Shown here in pieces: positions 35,479 to 49,400 of a stretch of 64,000 nucleotides of DNA. A program made the translations under genes and the position numbers. Each line of letters opens with the position of its first letter. Position 1 is the first letter of the stretch. The stretch comes from Alteromonadaceae bacterium. Lineage in GTDB: Bacteria > Pseudomonadota > Gammaproteobacteria > Enterobacterales > Alteromonadaceae. The DNA lies in assembly GCA_965656875.1 (NCBI GenBank), contig CBFHMJ010000028.1, forward strand, positions 70,292 to 134,291, given 5' to 3'. Under the pieces are notes generated by a model. The model was not told where the DNA came from. It worked only from the letters and a program-made list of their open reading frames with translations, and made no database searches.

Positions 35479-37300
35479 CTAGTTGAAATTATAACGAATA
35501 TCTTCAAGATTAAACAACCAGTCCAGGCCGGTGAGGCCTTGCGGTTGAATTCGTTCTACGGTTGTTTTGTCGAGTGACGGATAAAGCACGTCGTAATCTT
35601 CGCTCAAACCATAGTAGTGATGGATATCGTTGCCGCCTCGGGCGTTGACCATCTGATTTCTATGACGAGATAAGAAAATATCAGCGTTATCGGTCGCGAA
35701 GGTCGGGAAGACCAGTGATGCGGTACTTTGGTTGATCATCGACAACACGACTCGGCCATCCCCCAGCATTGTGCCAACCGCTGAGCCTGAAATATCAGGC
35801 AAAGGTGCTTGCACTGCGACTTCATCTGTCACGGGCTGCCCTTGTGTGTTGAACTGGCGCATTTTTGCATGGCCAGTACTAAAGAGCGGATCGTTCACTG
35901 AATCCCACAAGGCCATCCATTCCCCGTTATTCAATAGTAAAACATCAGTCAGATATTGCTTGTTATCGGTGATCTGATTGACGGCTATTTCATCACTAAG
36001 TAGCTGACCATCATTAGACACGATCCGGGCGAATACGCCATGATCCGATCCATCACGATCTTCACCTTGTGTCCAGGCGACGACATAACCACCGCGTTTC
36101 AACGGAGTAACGAATGTACTTTGTGTCAGGATCGACTGTGGAGTACCTCTGACATACTGGGTGATGATGAGTGGCTCAGTTCCATAAACCCTGGCTGTTA
36201 CTACTGTATTTTTCTCAGATGCTGTCATCGCAATTTCGGATGCTGCTCCCGCCGGGATGATTGACCAGTTTGGTGCCTACAACGGTATGACTACCTGCAA
36301 GGTGATCGGTCCGAACGTCAACAGATAACCCGCCAATTGTCGTCATTTTACTCAATACAGGCGTTAAGTCTGGATTGTAGTTTTCGACATAAATAGTACC
36401 GATAGTAGTATAGGTTGCGAGTAACTCACCATTGTTTTGCAGTTGCAAATTTAAGTGTGTTATATCGCTGCCGTCTGTGTAGTCCTACTTCGACAGAGAC
36501 TTGCTGGCTTTCACCGTTTTCATCGAGGTAAGTAAACCGATCGACACCGCCAACGCCGATATTTGGATTGTACTGCCATTGATTGTTCTCAAAGCTCAGT
36601 GAACCAAATAAGGGGAGTTGGTCAGGACTGTGGACGAATGGCACGCCAACTGGCGTACTGAATTCTGTTTGCACCAGATGGCTATGAGCGGTTTCTGGTT
36701 CTTTCTGATAAAAAGGCAAAAAGGCAAAAAGGCAAAAAGGTAAAAAGATAACAAGATACGGTCGTCTGCAAATTCAACTGCTTCCTGATTCTTCGTTTTG
36801 ATGATGTCATCATTGGCTGCAGCGCCGATATGCGATACCTGACCCAGTGAAAAAGTCTGTAACTTATTCCCATCAATGCTATCGATTTGTAATGTGAAAG
36901 CATCGTCATCATTACGACCTTCGATGTACGTCCAGGCACCCTGGTTATTCGACAAGAGTGCGAAGCAAGCTCTCTGTGAGGGTTTGCTGTATACTGTTTT
37001 CTGCACATCCGGTGTGAACTCTTCATCGAAGAAGGAAAGCCCAACAGCGTTCGATTTTCCACCACTAACCACAATTCGATTGTCTGAGGTTACGTCAAGG
37101 TGTGGAGTAATGTCCGCTCCGGTTTAAATTGCACGATTATCGATAATCTGAACTGAATCATCGTCCTGATAGTTGATGGTTACCTGATCACTGTAAAACG
37201 GGAAGATTGCAACGTCGAAGTCATCGCCGCCATCCGGTTTTAAACGTTTTGAGAATCTGTCAATACGATAAGAACTTTGGAATTCTAATCAAAATAACTG
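35479..37300 (-). pseudogene. Frameshifted, N-terminally truncated paralog of the last repeat module and C-terminal tail of the adjacent giant S8-protease gene
   Basis: Minus-strand ORF pieces 35479..36228, 36215..36448, 36426..36719 and 36596..37072 lie in different frames. Each is homologous to successive parts of a module of gene 37410..50306:
- EAVEFADDRI matches NIEAVEFADNRISL
- HSHLVQTEF...VGGVDRFTYLDENGESQQVSVEVGL matches DHIVQTA...VGTDRITYRDNNNQLRNIRVEVGL
- YYGLSEDYDVLYPSLD...GLTGLDWLFNLE matches IYYPALNSDFTEL...GLDWLFELE

There is no S8 domain and no start context. Confidence 0.55.
36715..36746. repeat. Simple sequence repeat (GGCAAAAA)x3 + GGTAAAAA, an 8-nt unit repeated four times
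   Basis: Read directly as ggcaaaaaggcaaaaaggcaaaaaggtaaaaa. It sits exactly at the junction between two differently framed homologous pieces of the pseudogene. Confidence 0.85.
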
Positions 37301-37409
37301 GTTACAATTGGGTGAATATAACTCTCTGTTTATTAATTAAGATCCACGCGTTTTACTCATTCAGGTAATTAGGGGCGATTTATTAATCGCCCCTGAATAT
37401 ACTTGTATG

Positions 37410-40400
37410 TTAATTATTCATATTGGAGATGGATTCGTTCTGAAATAAAGGAAATTCTAATTCAAACAACCAGTCCAACCCTTCCGGCGATCCTGAACGA
37501 TTGTCTTCAATGGTTAAGGAGCCATCTTCATTATTCAGTTCGGTAAAATCACTGTTTAATGCTGGGTAGTAAATGGTATCCAGACCTCCGCGTCCATAAA
37601 TTAACTGATTACCAGGCATTGAACGGAAGATATCATCCTGCTCGGTAGCCATTGATGGAAAGACCAGTTTCATGGTGGCGTTACTCTGATTGTATGCAGC
37701 GACTAATCGTCCATCACTGAGAACGGCGAATGAAGGCCAGTACTGATTACTGTCAAGATAGTTCGCCAGATACTGCTCATCGGTAACCGGGTGACCATCG
37801 GCATTGTAACGGCGAAGCAAGGCTTCCCAATCAGACTGGCCTGCCGTTAACCGTGAGTGCCAACCAACAACCCAGCCACCATCTGGCATTGCAACAATGT
37901 CGGTAACAAATTGATCGTGTTCAGTCGTCTGATTGACCCGCATGACTTCGGTTTTAAACGTTCCGTTAGCAGCCATCTGACGAGCGGCCACAGCATAATA
38001 ATCATCCCCTTCAATACCAGTTTTCTGAGTCCAGCTCACCACATAATCTCCCTGAGGTAACGCCGTGATTTCGACCAGTCGATAATGATTGTAATAAGGA
38101 ACACTATTGGTCGATATGATGACAGGTGAACCGATACGACTACCCGTATGGCTGAATCGTTGCGCGACGATTTGTTGATCGATCCAGGCTGCAATGACAA
38201 AGCTGCCATCTGCAAGAACAACGAGATCGGACAGATACTGATTAGCTACTAAATCAGGGAAGGCATGAAGATAGTTGCCAGGATTATGCTCTCTGTCGAA
38301 CATACGGTAATAGACCCGGCCACCAGTAAACCAGGTGATAACGGACGCTCCATTATTCAGCCAGACACCGGCAGTTTCATTCCCTGAACTACCTGATGAA
38401 TGCCAGCCCGTGCGGGCGGTGAAGTCCGCGTTAAAAAATTTGGTATAACTGGTGCCAGAGTCGTATTCGGTTGTAAAGAATACACCATCATCACGGGCCG
38501 CAATTCGCGGTGCTGTTGCATTTGTGCTATCTACTAACAGGTAGTTGCGGGTAGGTTGTCCTTGTCGGTCAAAATGGCCAACATAAACATCGTCACCGGT
38601 AGAACGCCAGATGGCGTAGAATGTATCATCTGCCAGTGGTTCGACCTGGGAATAATATCCTGAACTGAGCGTATAAAATGAGCCATTGCCAGTGAGTCCG
38701 ACTTCTAACCTTACGGAACGATTAGCACCCTGATTATCGGTATAGGTGAGTGAATCAACGCCCACAAAATCTGCATGTGGTTCAAAACGCCAACCTGAAG
38801 CCTCGTTGTGTAACAGACCATGGTCAGGAAGTGTATTTGGACTGACAATGAACGGGATTAGTACCGAAGCATTTTGATCGACTTGTACCAGATGATCCCA
38901 GTGTTTCAGGTTTTGACCTGTGTTAAACGGGATGCTAATCCGATCATCGGCAAACTCCAGTACTTCAATATTTTTCACACGACTTTCACCATCGGGTGAA
39001 CCCGATCGAATATCCAGAATGCTGTACCAGCCATCGCCGTGATCGATTATCTGATAATCATTATAATTTCCAGTGAATATCACCGTATCGGTATCGGCAC
39101 CACCATCAACGACAACCTCTCTTGTGACATAGATATCATCGAAACCGGCACCTGATTGCACGGTTGATGCACCTGTTATCACATCATGTCCACTTCCTGC
39201 GGTGACATGCACGCTGTTGGTAAAAATGTTATCACCATTGCCACCGTTGACTCGGAATCCGCCATTTATCTCGTCATTGCCAGCGCCGGTGTTAACGATA
39301 TCGGCTGTGTTGGCATAAACAAGATTGTCGCCATCATCACCGCGTAAGATGTTTTGTTGAGTTGTTGCTGGCTGTATAAATGAGAGTGAAAGTTGACTAT
39401 CTTGTCGATTGAATACGCTTACGATTCTTCCGTCAGTTAGCGTAGCAAAACTGGGCCAGTATTGACTGGCTTGTTTCCAGTTCACGATAAATTGTTCGTC
39501 ACTAATGGGCGATCCATGAGCATTGAATTGACGTGAGTACGCTTCCCAGTGTTCAACACCTGCATCTGTTCGACTGTACCAGCCGATAATCCATCCGCCA
39601 TCAGCCAGTGCGGTGATCTCAGTCAAATATTGGTCGTGAATTGTTGTTTGATTGACCGTTATTGCATCAGTAACAAAATTTCCGTCTATATCGACTTGTT
39701 GAGCAACTACAGCGTAGTTATCGTCACCCGTTGCACCTGATTTCTGAGTCCAGGCCACTACATACCCTCCCTGCGGCAGAGCTGTAACCTCAATGACCCG
39801 GTAATTTCGGTGAAAAGCAATCGGCGTTGAAGAGAAAATAACAGGTTCACCCAGACGTTGACCCGTATGGCTAAATCGTTGAGCGGTGATGTGTTGTTCA
39901 ACAAGCGCGGCAATTACAAAACTGCCATCAGGTAATGCGGCAATGTCTGAAGAGTATTGAGTCGCTCCATATTCAGGAAAAGCCTGTTGGTAGTCACCGG
40001 CATCAAGCTCCCGACTAAATTGGCGGAAGTAAACTTTTCCGCCGGTAAACCAGGTAATAACGGCTGATCCATCTGCTAACCATGCACCAGCAGTCTCATT
40101 GTAGGAACTCCCAGAGGCAAACCAACCACTTGCTGCGGTGAAATCAGCATTAAAGAATTTGGTGTAGCTAGTGCCGGAATCATATTCGGTGGTGAAGAAC
40201 ATGCCATCTGGTCTGGCAGCAATGCGAGGAGCAGTTGCATTAGTGCTATCGATTAATAGATGATTTCGAGTTGGTTGGCCATTAATATCAAAATGTCCCA
40301 TATAGACATCGTCACCCGTTGAGCGCCAGGCCGCATAAAATGTACCGTCGGCCAAAGGGACGACCTGAGAATAATAACCGGTCGCGAAATCTGACCAACT

Positions 40401-43400
40401 ACCGTTAGCAGCTAGACCCACTTCTACTCGAATAATACGTTTTGTGCCTGTATTGTCGGTATAGTGGATAAAATCAGACCCGATAAAATCTGCTTCCGGT
40501 TCAAACCGCCACCCACCAGCATCACTGTGCAATAAACCATGTTCTGGTAACACGTCCGGGCTGGTGATAAATGGCATTACAATACCTTCGTTGATATTTG
40601 TTTGAACGATATGATCTATGGTCAGTAACGATTGGCCTTCATTGAGGGGAAGGGACCGACGATTATCGGCAAACTCAATGGCCTCGACATCGCGCATTGA
40701 GATGTCACCATCAGGCGAATTAGCCCGTAGATCACGAATTAAATAACTACCATCACCGTTATCAATGATTTGGTAATCAGCATAGTTGCCGCTGAAAATG
40801 ACGGTATCGTAATCGGCACCGCCGTCGATGGTGGCAGTGCCATTAACGTAGATATCATCAAAGCCATTACCGGCATCAACGGTTTGTGCACCGTAAATGG
40901 TGTCGTCACCGTTGCCGCCAATCACATGAATCGAACCTCGGAAAATATCGTTGCCATCACCACCATCGACCCGAAAGCCGCCAATAATTTCATCATCGCC
41001 ACCGAAGGTGCTGATAATGCTGTCGTCACTGGCGTCAATATAATTATCGCTGTCATCGCCTCGCAAAATGTCAGCGCCCGGTGTCGGCTCGGTCAGGAAA
41101 AACAAAGTGAGTTGTCGGTCCGGATTGTTCTGGGCGCCGACGATCCGGCCGTCGGCAAGCTGAGTCAGGGCAGGCCAGTACTGATTACCTGCAATCACAT
41201 TATTTACGGGTATTGGTTTGGTGAGCGGTTGCCCTGTGTGGTCAAAATGACGGAGGAGGGTGTCATAAGTATAGGGGTTTGAGCCATAACTGGTATACCA
41301 GGCAGCTGTCCAGCCGCCATCAGCGCGAATCACTAAGTCAGAAAAAACAGGCGTTCCTTCGGTGTGGGTGTCAACCCGAATAGCGGCTGTAGCCGCTGTG
41401 CCATCAGGGTGATACTGACGCAGGTAAATTCCGTCACCATCACCGGGTATTTCGCCATCCCTATTCCAACCAATCAGCCAGCCGCCCTGAGCGAGGGGTT
41501 CCAGCTCAACCTGACGATAATAGCCAGTACCCGTCACGCTGGTCGTCGACACGGTTTCTGGTAATCCAATTGGTTGACCGGTATGACTGAACCGTTGACT
41601 GACAATCTGACCGGCGACTACCCCGGCGATCAGAAAACCACCATCATTGAGGGCAATGACTGAATTATTATATTGCGGAGTCGCGAGATCCGGGAAAGCT
41701 CGTTGGACCGGTCCGGCTTCAAAGTTGCGGTCAAGTTGGCGGAAATAAATGATGCCATTGTAGTACCAGCTGAGTACGGCCGTGTCATTGTTGAGCCAGC
41801 TGACGGCAGTCATCTGGTTACTGCTGCCCGAATTGATCCAGCCGGTCAGTGCATTCAGATCTGCATCATAAATTCGGGTGTAACTGGTGTTGCTGTCGAG
41901 CATGGTAACGGCCAGTGTACCGTCATCGCGCCGGGCCAGATGTGGGTAATTGGCATCAGACCCATGAATTTGAATGGTACTTCCAAGGGCATTACCAGCG
42001 GCGTCAAACCGTTTGATCCAGCTACGCACACTGGTATCACGCCAGTGGGCATAAAAGGTGCCATCGGGCAGTGAGATCAGTCGGGCGTAATAACCTGTAG
42101 CCAGGTTCTGTTCGTCGCCGTTACCGGGCAATCCCACCTCTACCCGAATATTCCGTAACTGGTTATTGTTATCTCGATATGTAATCCGGTCTGTGCCGAC
42201 ATAATCAGTGTCGGGTTCATAGCGCCAGCCGCTGACTTCGCTATGTAACAGACCATGCTCAGGCAATTGTTCCGGGCTGGTGATAAACGGGATCAAGACG
42301 GCTTCATTCGTAGCGGTCTGGACGATATGGTCCAGCGGTGAAGCCGGGCGCTGAGTACCCAGATTGACTCGGTTATCAGCAAATTCCAGGGCTTCGATAT
42401 TCACGACATTGGTGTCACCATCCGGTGAGCCATCGCGCAAGTCACGAATCACATAGCTGCCATCACCGTTATCAATGATTTGGTAATCAGCATAGTTGCC
42501 GCTGAAAATGACGGTATCGTAATCGGCACCGCCGTCGATGGTGGCAGTGCCATTAACGTAGATATCATCAAAGCCATTACCGGCATCAACGGTTTGTGCA
42601 CCGTAAATGGTGTCGTCACCGTTGCCGCCAATCACATGAATCGAACCTCGGAAAATATCGTTGCCATCACCACCATCGACCCGAAAGCCGCCAATAATTT
42701 CATCATCGCCACCGAAGGTGCTGATAATGCTGTCGTCACTGGCGTCAATATAATTATCGCTGTCATCGCCTCGCAAAATGTCAGCGCCCGGTGTCGGCTC
42801 GGTCAGGAAAAACAAAGTGAGTTGTCGGTCCGGATTGTTCTGGGCGCCGACGATCCGGCCGTCGGCAAGCTGAGTCAGGGCAGGCCAGTACTGATTACCT
42901 GCAATCACATTATTTACGGGTATTGGTTTGGTGAGCGGTTGCCCTGTGTGGTCAAAATGACGGAGGAGGGTGTCATAAGTATAGGGGTTTGAGCCATAAC
43001 TGGTATACCAGGCAGCTGTCCAGCCGCCATCAGCGCGAATCACTAAGTCAGAAAAAACAGGCGTTCCTTCGGTGTGGGTGTCAACCCGAATAGCGGCCGT
43101 TGCCGCTGTGCCATCAGCGTGATACTGACGCAGGTAAATTCCATCACCATCACCGGGTATTTCGCCATCCCGGTTCCAGCCAATCAGCCAACCGCCCTGA
43201 GCGAGGCGTTCCAGCTCAACCTGACGGTAATAGCCGGTTCCCGTCACGCTGGTGGAGGACACCGTTTCTGGCTGGCCAATCGGTTGACCGGTATGACTGA
43301 ACCGTTGACTGACAATCTGACCGGCGACTACCCCGGCGATCAGAAAACCGCCGTCATTGAGAGCAATGACCGAGTTATTGTATTGCGGGGTCGCGAGATC

Positions 43401-46400
43401 CGGGAAAGCTCGCTGGACCGGTCCGGCTTCAAAGTTGCGGTCAAGTTGGCGGAAATAAATGATGCCATTGTAGTACCAGCTGAGTACGGCCGTGTCATTG
43501 TTGAGCCAGCTGATGGCGGTCATCTGGTTACTGCTGCCCGAATTGATCCAGCCGGTCAGTGCATTCAGATCGGCATCATAAATTCGGGTGTAACTGGTGT
43601 TGCTGTCGAGCATGGTGAAGGCCAGTGTACCGTCATCGCGTCGGGCCAAATGTGGGTAATTGGCATCAGACCCATGAATTTGAATGGCACTCCCTAGGGC
43701 ATTGCCGGCGGTATCAAATCGTTTGATCCAGCTACGCACACTGGTATCACGCCAGTGGGCATAAAAGGTGCCATCGGGCAGTGAGATCAGTCGGGCATAA
43801 TAACCTGTAGCCAGGTTCTGCTCATCACCGTTGCCCGGTAAGCCCACTTCAACTCGAATGGTACGTAACTGGTCATTGTCATCCCGATAAGTAATGCGGT
43901 CTGTGCCGACATAATCAGTGTCGGGTTCATAGCGCCAGCCGCTGGCTTCGCTATGTAACAGACCATGTTCCGGTAAATTTTCCGGGCTGGTGACAAACGG
44001 GATCAAGACGGCTTCATTCATGGCTGTCTGAACGATATGGTCCAGTGGCGAAGCCAGAAGCGGAGCGACAAGACTGATCCGGTTATCGGCGAACTCCACC
44101 GCTTCGATATTGTTGATTGTGACATCACCATCAGGCGAACCATCACGCAAGTCACGAATCACATAACTACCATCGCCGTTATCAATGATTTGATAGTCAG
44201 CATAGTTGCTGCTGAAAATCACGGTATCGTAATCCGCTCCTCCGTCGATGGTAGCGGCGCCATTAACGTAGATATCATCAAAACCATTGCCTGCGTCAAC
44301 AGTTTGCGCGCCGTAGACGGTATCATCACCATTGCCGCCAATCACATGAACTGAACCCCGGAAAACATCGTTGCCATCACCACCATCGACCCGAAAGCCG
44401 CCGATGATTTCATCATCGCCACCGAAGGTATTGATAAGGCTGTCGTCACTGGCTTCAATATAATTATTGCTGTCATCGCCTCGCAAAATGTCAGCGCCCG
44501 GTGTCGGCTCGGTGAGGAAAAACAAAGTGAGTTGTCCGTCCGGATTGTTCTGAACGCCGACGATCCGGCCGTCGGTAAGCTGAGTCAGAGCAGGCCAGTA
44601 TTGATTGCCTGCAATCACATTATTTACGGGTAATGGTTCGGTAAGAGGTTGCCCTGTGCGGTCATAATGACGGAGATGCGTATCATAGGTGTAGTTATTT
44701 GAGCCATAATGGGTAAACCAGGCGGCTGTCCAGCCGCCATCAGCGCGAATCACTAAGTCAGAAAAAACAGGGGTTCCTTCGGTGTGGGTGTCAACCCGAA
44801 TAGCAGTCGTTGCCGCTGTGCCATCAGCATGATACTGACGCAGATAAATTCCATCACCATCACCGGGTATTTCGCCATCCCGGTTCCAGCCAATCAGCCA
44901 CCCGCCCTGAGCGAGGCGTTCCAGCTCAACCTGACGGTAATAGCCGGTTCCCGTCACGCTGGTGGAGGACACGGTTTCTGGCTGGCCAATTGGTTGACCG
45001 GTATGACTAAACCGTTGACTGACAATCTGACCGGCGACCACCCCGGCGATCAGAAAACCGCCGTCATTGAGAGCAATGACCGAATTATTATATTGCGGGG
45101 TCGAGAGATCCGGGAAAGCTCGTTGGACTGGCCCTGGCTCAAAGTTGCGGTCAAGTTGGCGGAAATAAATGATGCCTTTGTAGTACCAGCTGAGTACAGC
45201 GGTGTCATTGTTGAGCCAGCTGATGGCGGTCATCTGGTTGCTGCTGCCCGAATTGATCCAGCCGGTCAGCGCATTCAGATCAGCATCATAAATTCGGGTG
45301 TAACTGGTGTTGCTGTCGAGCATGGTAAAGGCCAGTGTACCGTCATCGCGCCGGGCCAGATGTGGGTAATTGGCATCAGACCCATGAATTTGAATGGCAC
45401 TCCCTAGGGCATTGCCGGCGGTATCAAATCGTTTGATCCAGCTACGTACACTGGTATCACGCCAGTGGGCATAAAAAGTGCCATCAGGCAGTGAGATCAG
45501 TCGGGCATAATAACCTGTAGCCAGGTTCTGCTCGTCGCCGTTACCGGGCAACCCAACCTCTACCCGAATATTCCGTAACTGGTTATTGTTATCTCGATAT
45601 GTAATGCGGTCTGTGCCGACATAATCAGTGTCGGGTTCATAGCGCCAGCCGCTGACTTCGCTATGTAACAGACCATGCTCTGGTAATAGTTCCGGGCTGG
45701 TGATAAACGGGATCAAGACGGCTTCATTCGTCGCTGTCTGGACGATATGATCCAGCGGTGAAGCCGGGCGCTGAGCACCCAGATTGACTTGGTTATCAGC
45801 AAATTCCAGGGCTTCGATATTCACGACATTTGTATCACCATCCGGTGAGCCATCGCGCAAGTCACGAATCACATAGCTACCATCACCATTATCTATGATT
45901 TGATAATCAGCATAGTTGCCGCTGAAAATCACGGTATCGTAATCCGCTCCCCCGTTAATGGTAGCGGCGCCATTAACGTAGATGACGTCAAAGCCATTAC
46001 CTGCGTCAACAGTTTGTGCGCCGTAGACGGTATCATCACCATTGCCACCAATTACATGAACTGAATCCCGGAAAATATCGTTGCCATCGCCACCATCGAC
46101 TCGCAAGCCGCCGATGATTTCGTCATCGCCGCCAAAGGTGCTAATAATGCTGGTGGTATCGTTTGTGTTAATGAAGTTGTCTGAATCATCTGCCCGCAAG
46201 ATATCCGCGAGTGGCGTTGGCTCTGTTGGAAAGAACCAGACCAGGAGTTTGTTATCAATGGTTAAACCGCCAGTCAGCTTACCGTCTGCTGTGATGGCAA
46301 GCGACCCCCAGAAGTCGTTAGTAATATGGGATGGGGTAATTGACTGCGCATCTGTCAGTGGTTGGTGTTGCGCATCAAAGTGGCGAATTTTGGCTTCGTA

Positions 46401-49400
46401 ATGATAAGGATTGGTGCCATAGCGTAAATGCCAGACAATTGTCCAGCCACCGTCCGGACGAGCAACAATATCAGAGATGACTGGATTGCCTTCTGTATCC
46501 TGATTGACCCGAATCACCGCTGTTATCGGCTGACCAGCGGCGTTGAATATCCGGCTATAGACACCATCACCTACACCCGGTTCATCTCTGTTTGCGCTCC
46601 AACTGACTACCCAGCCGCCTTGTGGTAGTTCAGCAAGCTCGACTTGTCGGTAAAAATTGGTTGCTGTGATGGCACTGGATGAGACGGTTACTGGGCCGCC
46701 AATACGATCGCCTGTATGACTGATGCGTTGTGTAACAATTTGACCATTCACTATACCGGCAATCAGGAATGAGCCATCTCGAAGAGGAATAATGTCATGG
46801 TTATACTGGAAGGCTGGTAAATCCGGGAAAGCATTTCGTTCTTCAACAGTTTCAAAGTTTTTATCGACAATGCTGTAACTGATGTAGCCATCATCGTACC
46901 AGCTTACGACGCCGTTACCATTGGTTAACCAGGCAAAACCAGATGCACCATCGCCATGTCCCATGTTGATCCAGGTTTTAGCGACCGTCAGATCCGGGTT
47001 GAAAATACGTGTGTAGCTGAAACTGCTGTATCTCAGTGGAACAGCGATAGTGCCATCGTCACGAACTGCGATTTGTGGAAAATTTGTGTGATGATGAATG
47101 TGAATTCTGTCGCTGATTCGATTGCCTGATTGATCAAACTTAGCAACATAACTATTGTTTGATGTATTTCGCCATGCGGCAAAATAATGGCCATCAGGCA
47201 AAGGCCAGGTGCGTAGATAATGGCCTTCTTCCACTGGGATTAAATCACCAGTGCCTGGTAATCCTGTTTCAATTCGAATGTAACGAAGTTGATTATTCGT
47301 ATCACGGTAAGTGATTCTGTCAGTACCGACAAAATCTTGATCAGGTGTGTAGCGCCAGCCATTGGCTGTGTCCTGTAACTGCCCTTGTTCCGGTAGGGTT
47401 TCAGGCGCTGTGATAAAGGGGATAATGACGGAATCATTTTGATCAAGTTGAACAATATGATCGACAGTTGTTAAAGGAATGGTCGTTTGTGGCAGAGGGA
47501 TACGATTATCTCCAAACTCTACTGCTTCGACGTTAATCACAATGGTGTCACCATCCGGTGAGCCGGGTCGCAGGTCACGAATCAGATAGCTGCCATCCCC
47601 ATTGTCGGTAATTTCATAGTCAGCTCGGTCTCCGCTGAAAATAACAGTATCAATCCCCGCGCCACCATCGGCATAGTTTGATGGACCACCAATGATATAG
47701 ATGGTGTCGTTATCATCATCACCGAACAGGGAACCATTCCCGGTTATAACATCGTCACCTGCACCGCCGTTAACAATGCCGTCGCTACTGTTACTGGACA
47801 GGTTATCGTCATCATTGCTTCCTGCTTGAATTACCGTGCCACTGGCGTCAGTAATTGGTGGGAACATATGAACACCGTGTCCATTACTGCCGTTGTAACT
47901 GATCACAACGCGACCATCGGGTAACGTTGTAACGGATGGATTGGCACCGTTACTACTACCAGAGCCGACGGACAGAGGATCTGAAATCGGCTGACCACTG
48001 GCGTCATAATAACGAACATAAATGGTGGAACTGCCGCCACTGCCACTTTGCCAGACGATGACAACATTGCCGTTATTCAAAATGGTGACGCCGGGTGAAC
48101 TTTCGTTGTCTGAACCACCATTACCGACGATGACTTCGCCTGTGATGGGAGAACCGTTGCCACCGTAACGACGCATTACACAAATACGTCTGCCTGTTGC
48201 AGGATCAATGCGTGTCCAGACAATTACAAAACCACCGGCTGGATGCGGTGTCATCTTAACCTGGCCACCACTTCCTGTGGGTGATGTGCTAATGATAATC
48301 AGATCGCCAATTGTCGCGCCGGTTGGCGTATAGCGCTGGCAAACCAGTTGACCATTCACAAAGTAAATGACGTAAAACGAACCATCGGGCAATCCTTGAA
48401 TAATCGGTGAGTTGCCTGGTGTGGCTGGTAATCGGGTTTTCAGCGTGTAGTTTTCGAAAACGACACAATAAACAGTATCATTGTCAGTCCATGCGATGAC
48501 GACTCGGCCACCAACGTACTGGATATCACCAGTTGCAGTGCTGGAAGAACTGACAAGAACGGGTACGCCAACAGGCTGATAATCAGGTCCAAAGGTTATA
48601 CACCAGATTTCACCCGTGTTCGGGTCGCGCCAGATTAATGAGAATTCACCATTGACCGGATTAACTGCAATATCGGGTTGTTCGCCAGAATCAGACACCA
48701 GAATGACGTCAGTGACCGCAGTGCCTGATGGATCAAATACCTGACAGTAGACGACGCCGTTGTCTTCCCAGACGATGACATAGCCGCCGCCAGGTAAAGG
48801 TTGAATGATTGGGTCTGTTGAACCATCGGGTAGCGGGGTTTCAATGCCGGTATCAGGTAAGCCGACATGAATAGTAACGGTTCCCTGATTTCCCTGATCG
48901 TCAACATAGATGAATGTATCCGTACCGATGAAATCTGTGTGAGGGGTGTAGAGAATACCCGCAGAATGATGCTCAGTCATCACACCATTGTCCGGTTGGT
49001 TGGCGTAGTTGTTCAGGTAACTGAAATGCATATTGGTGTTGGCGGGAATGGAAACGACGATATCGCCAGTCAACGACGGCCCGCCACTGCACAAATGATT
49101 ATCGATGAGCGCCAGCGCATCGGTTAGTTGAACCAGACCAAAGCCAAACGTGTTATCCCGGCCGGGTTCCCCTAAATCCAGTGAACTTTGTTGTAAGAAG
49201 TCGCGAATGTTGTCGTTCCGACATCCTGGATTTCGTGACCAGACCTGGGCGGCGATGCCTGCGACAAACGGTGTTGCCACAGAGGTGCCATCCCATTCCC
49301 GATATTGATTGCCTGGGAACGTGGATTTCACTTGAACGCCTGGAGCGACCAGTTCGATTTGTGCATTTTTCTGGGTGTAGCGCCAGGCTTCGTTGTTTTC

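Noticed and set aside
36715-36746. SSR as a bona fide phase-variation switch of an expressed gene
   Set aside because: The frame arithmetic fits, but the surrounding paralog carries at least two more frame breaks and lacks a start or promoter context. A decaying pseudogene is the more economical reading. The idea is kept as a finding to check, not as a feature call.
40770-45407. Numerous 60-200 aa plus-strand ORFs inside the minus-strand giant protease gene, several of them identical to each other (40770..41282 = 42480..42992; 43074..43697 ~ 44784..45407). Similar antisense ORFs lie inside the other giant gene, e.g. 7736..8059, 13422..13865 and 15258..15713.
   Set aside because: They lie antisense to a coherent 12.9-kb ORF with clear domain content. 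Their apparent conservation is a side effect of the underlying tandem DNA duplication, and they have Gly/Val/Ala-rich composition typical of antisense GC-rich coding DNA. I treat them as spurious.
39000-47600. CRISPR array or mobile element explanation for the regular repeats
   Set aside because: The units are 1,710 bp, protein-coding and in-frame, with no short direct-repeat/spacer structure. No cas genes, transposases, integrases or terminal inverted repeats were seen anywhere in the 64 kb.
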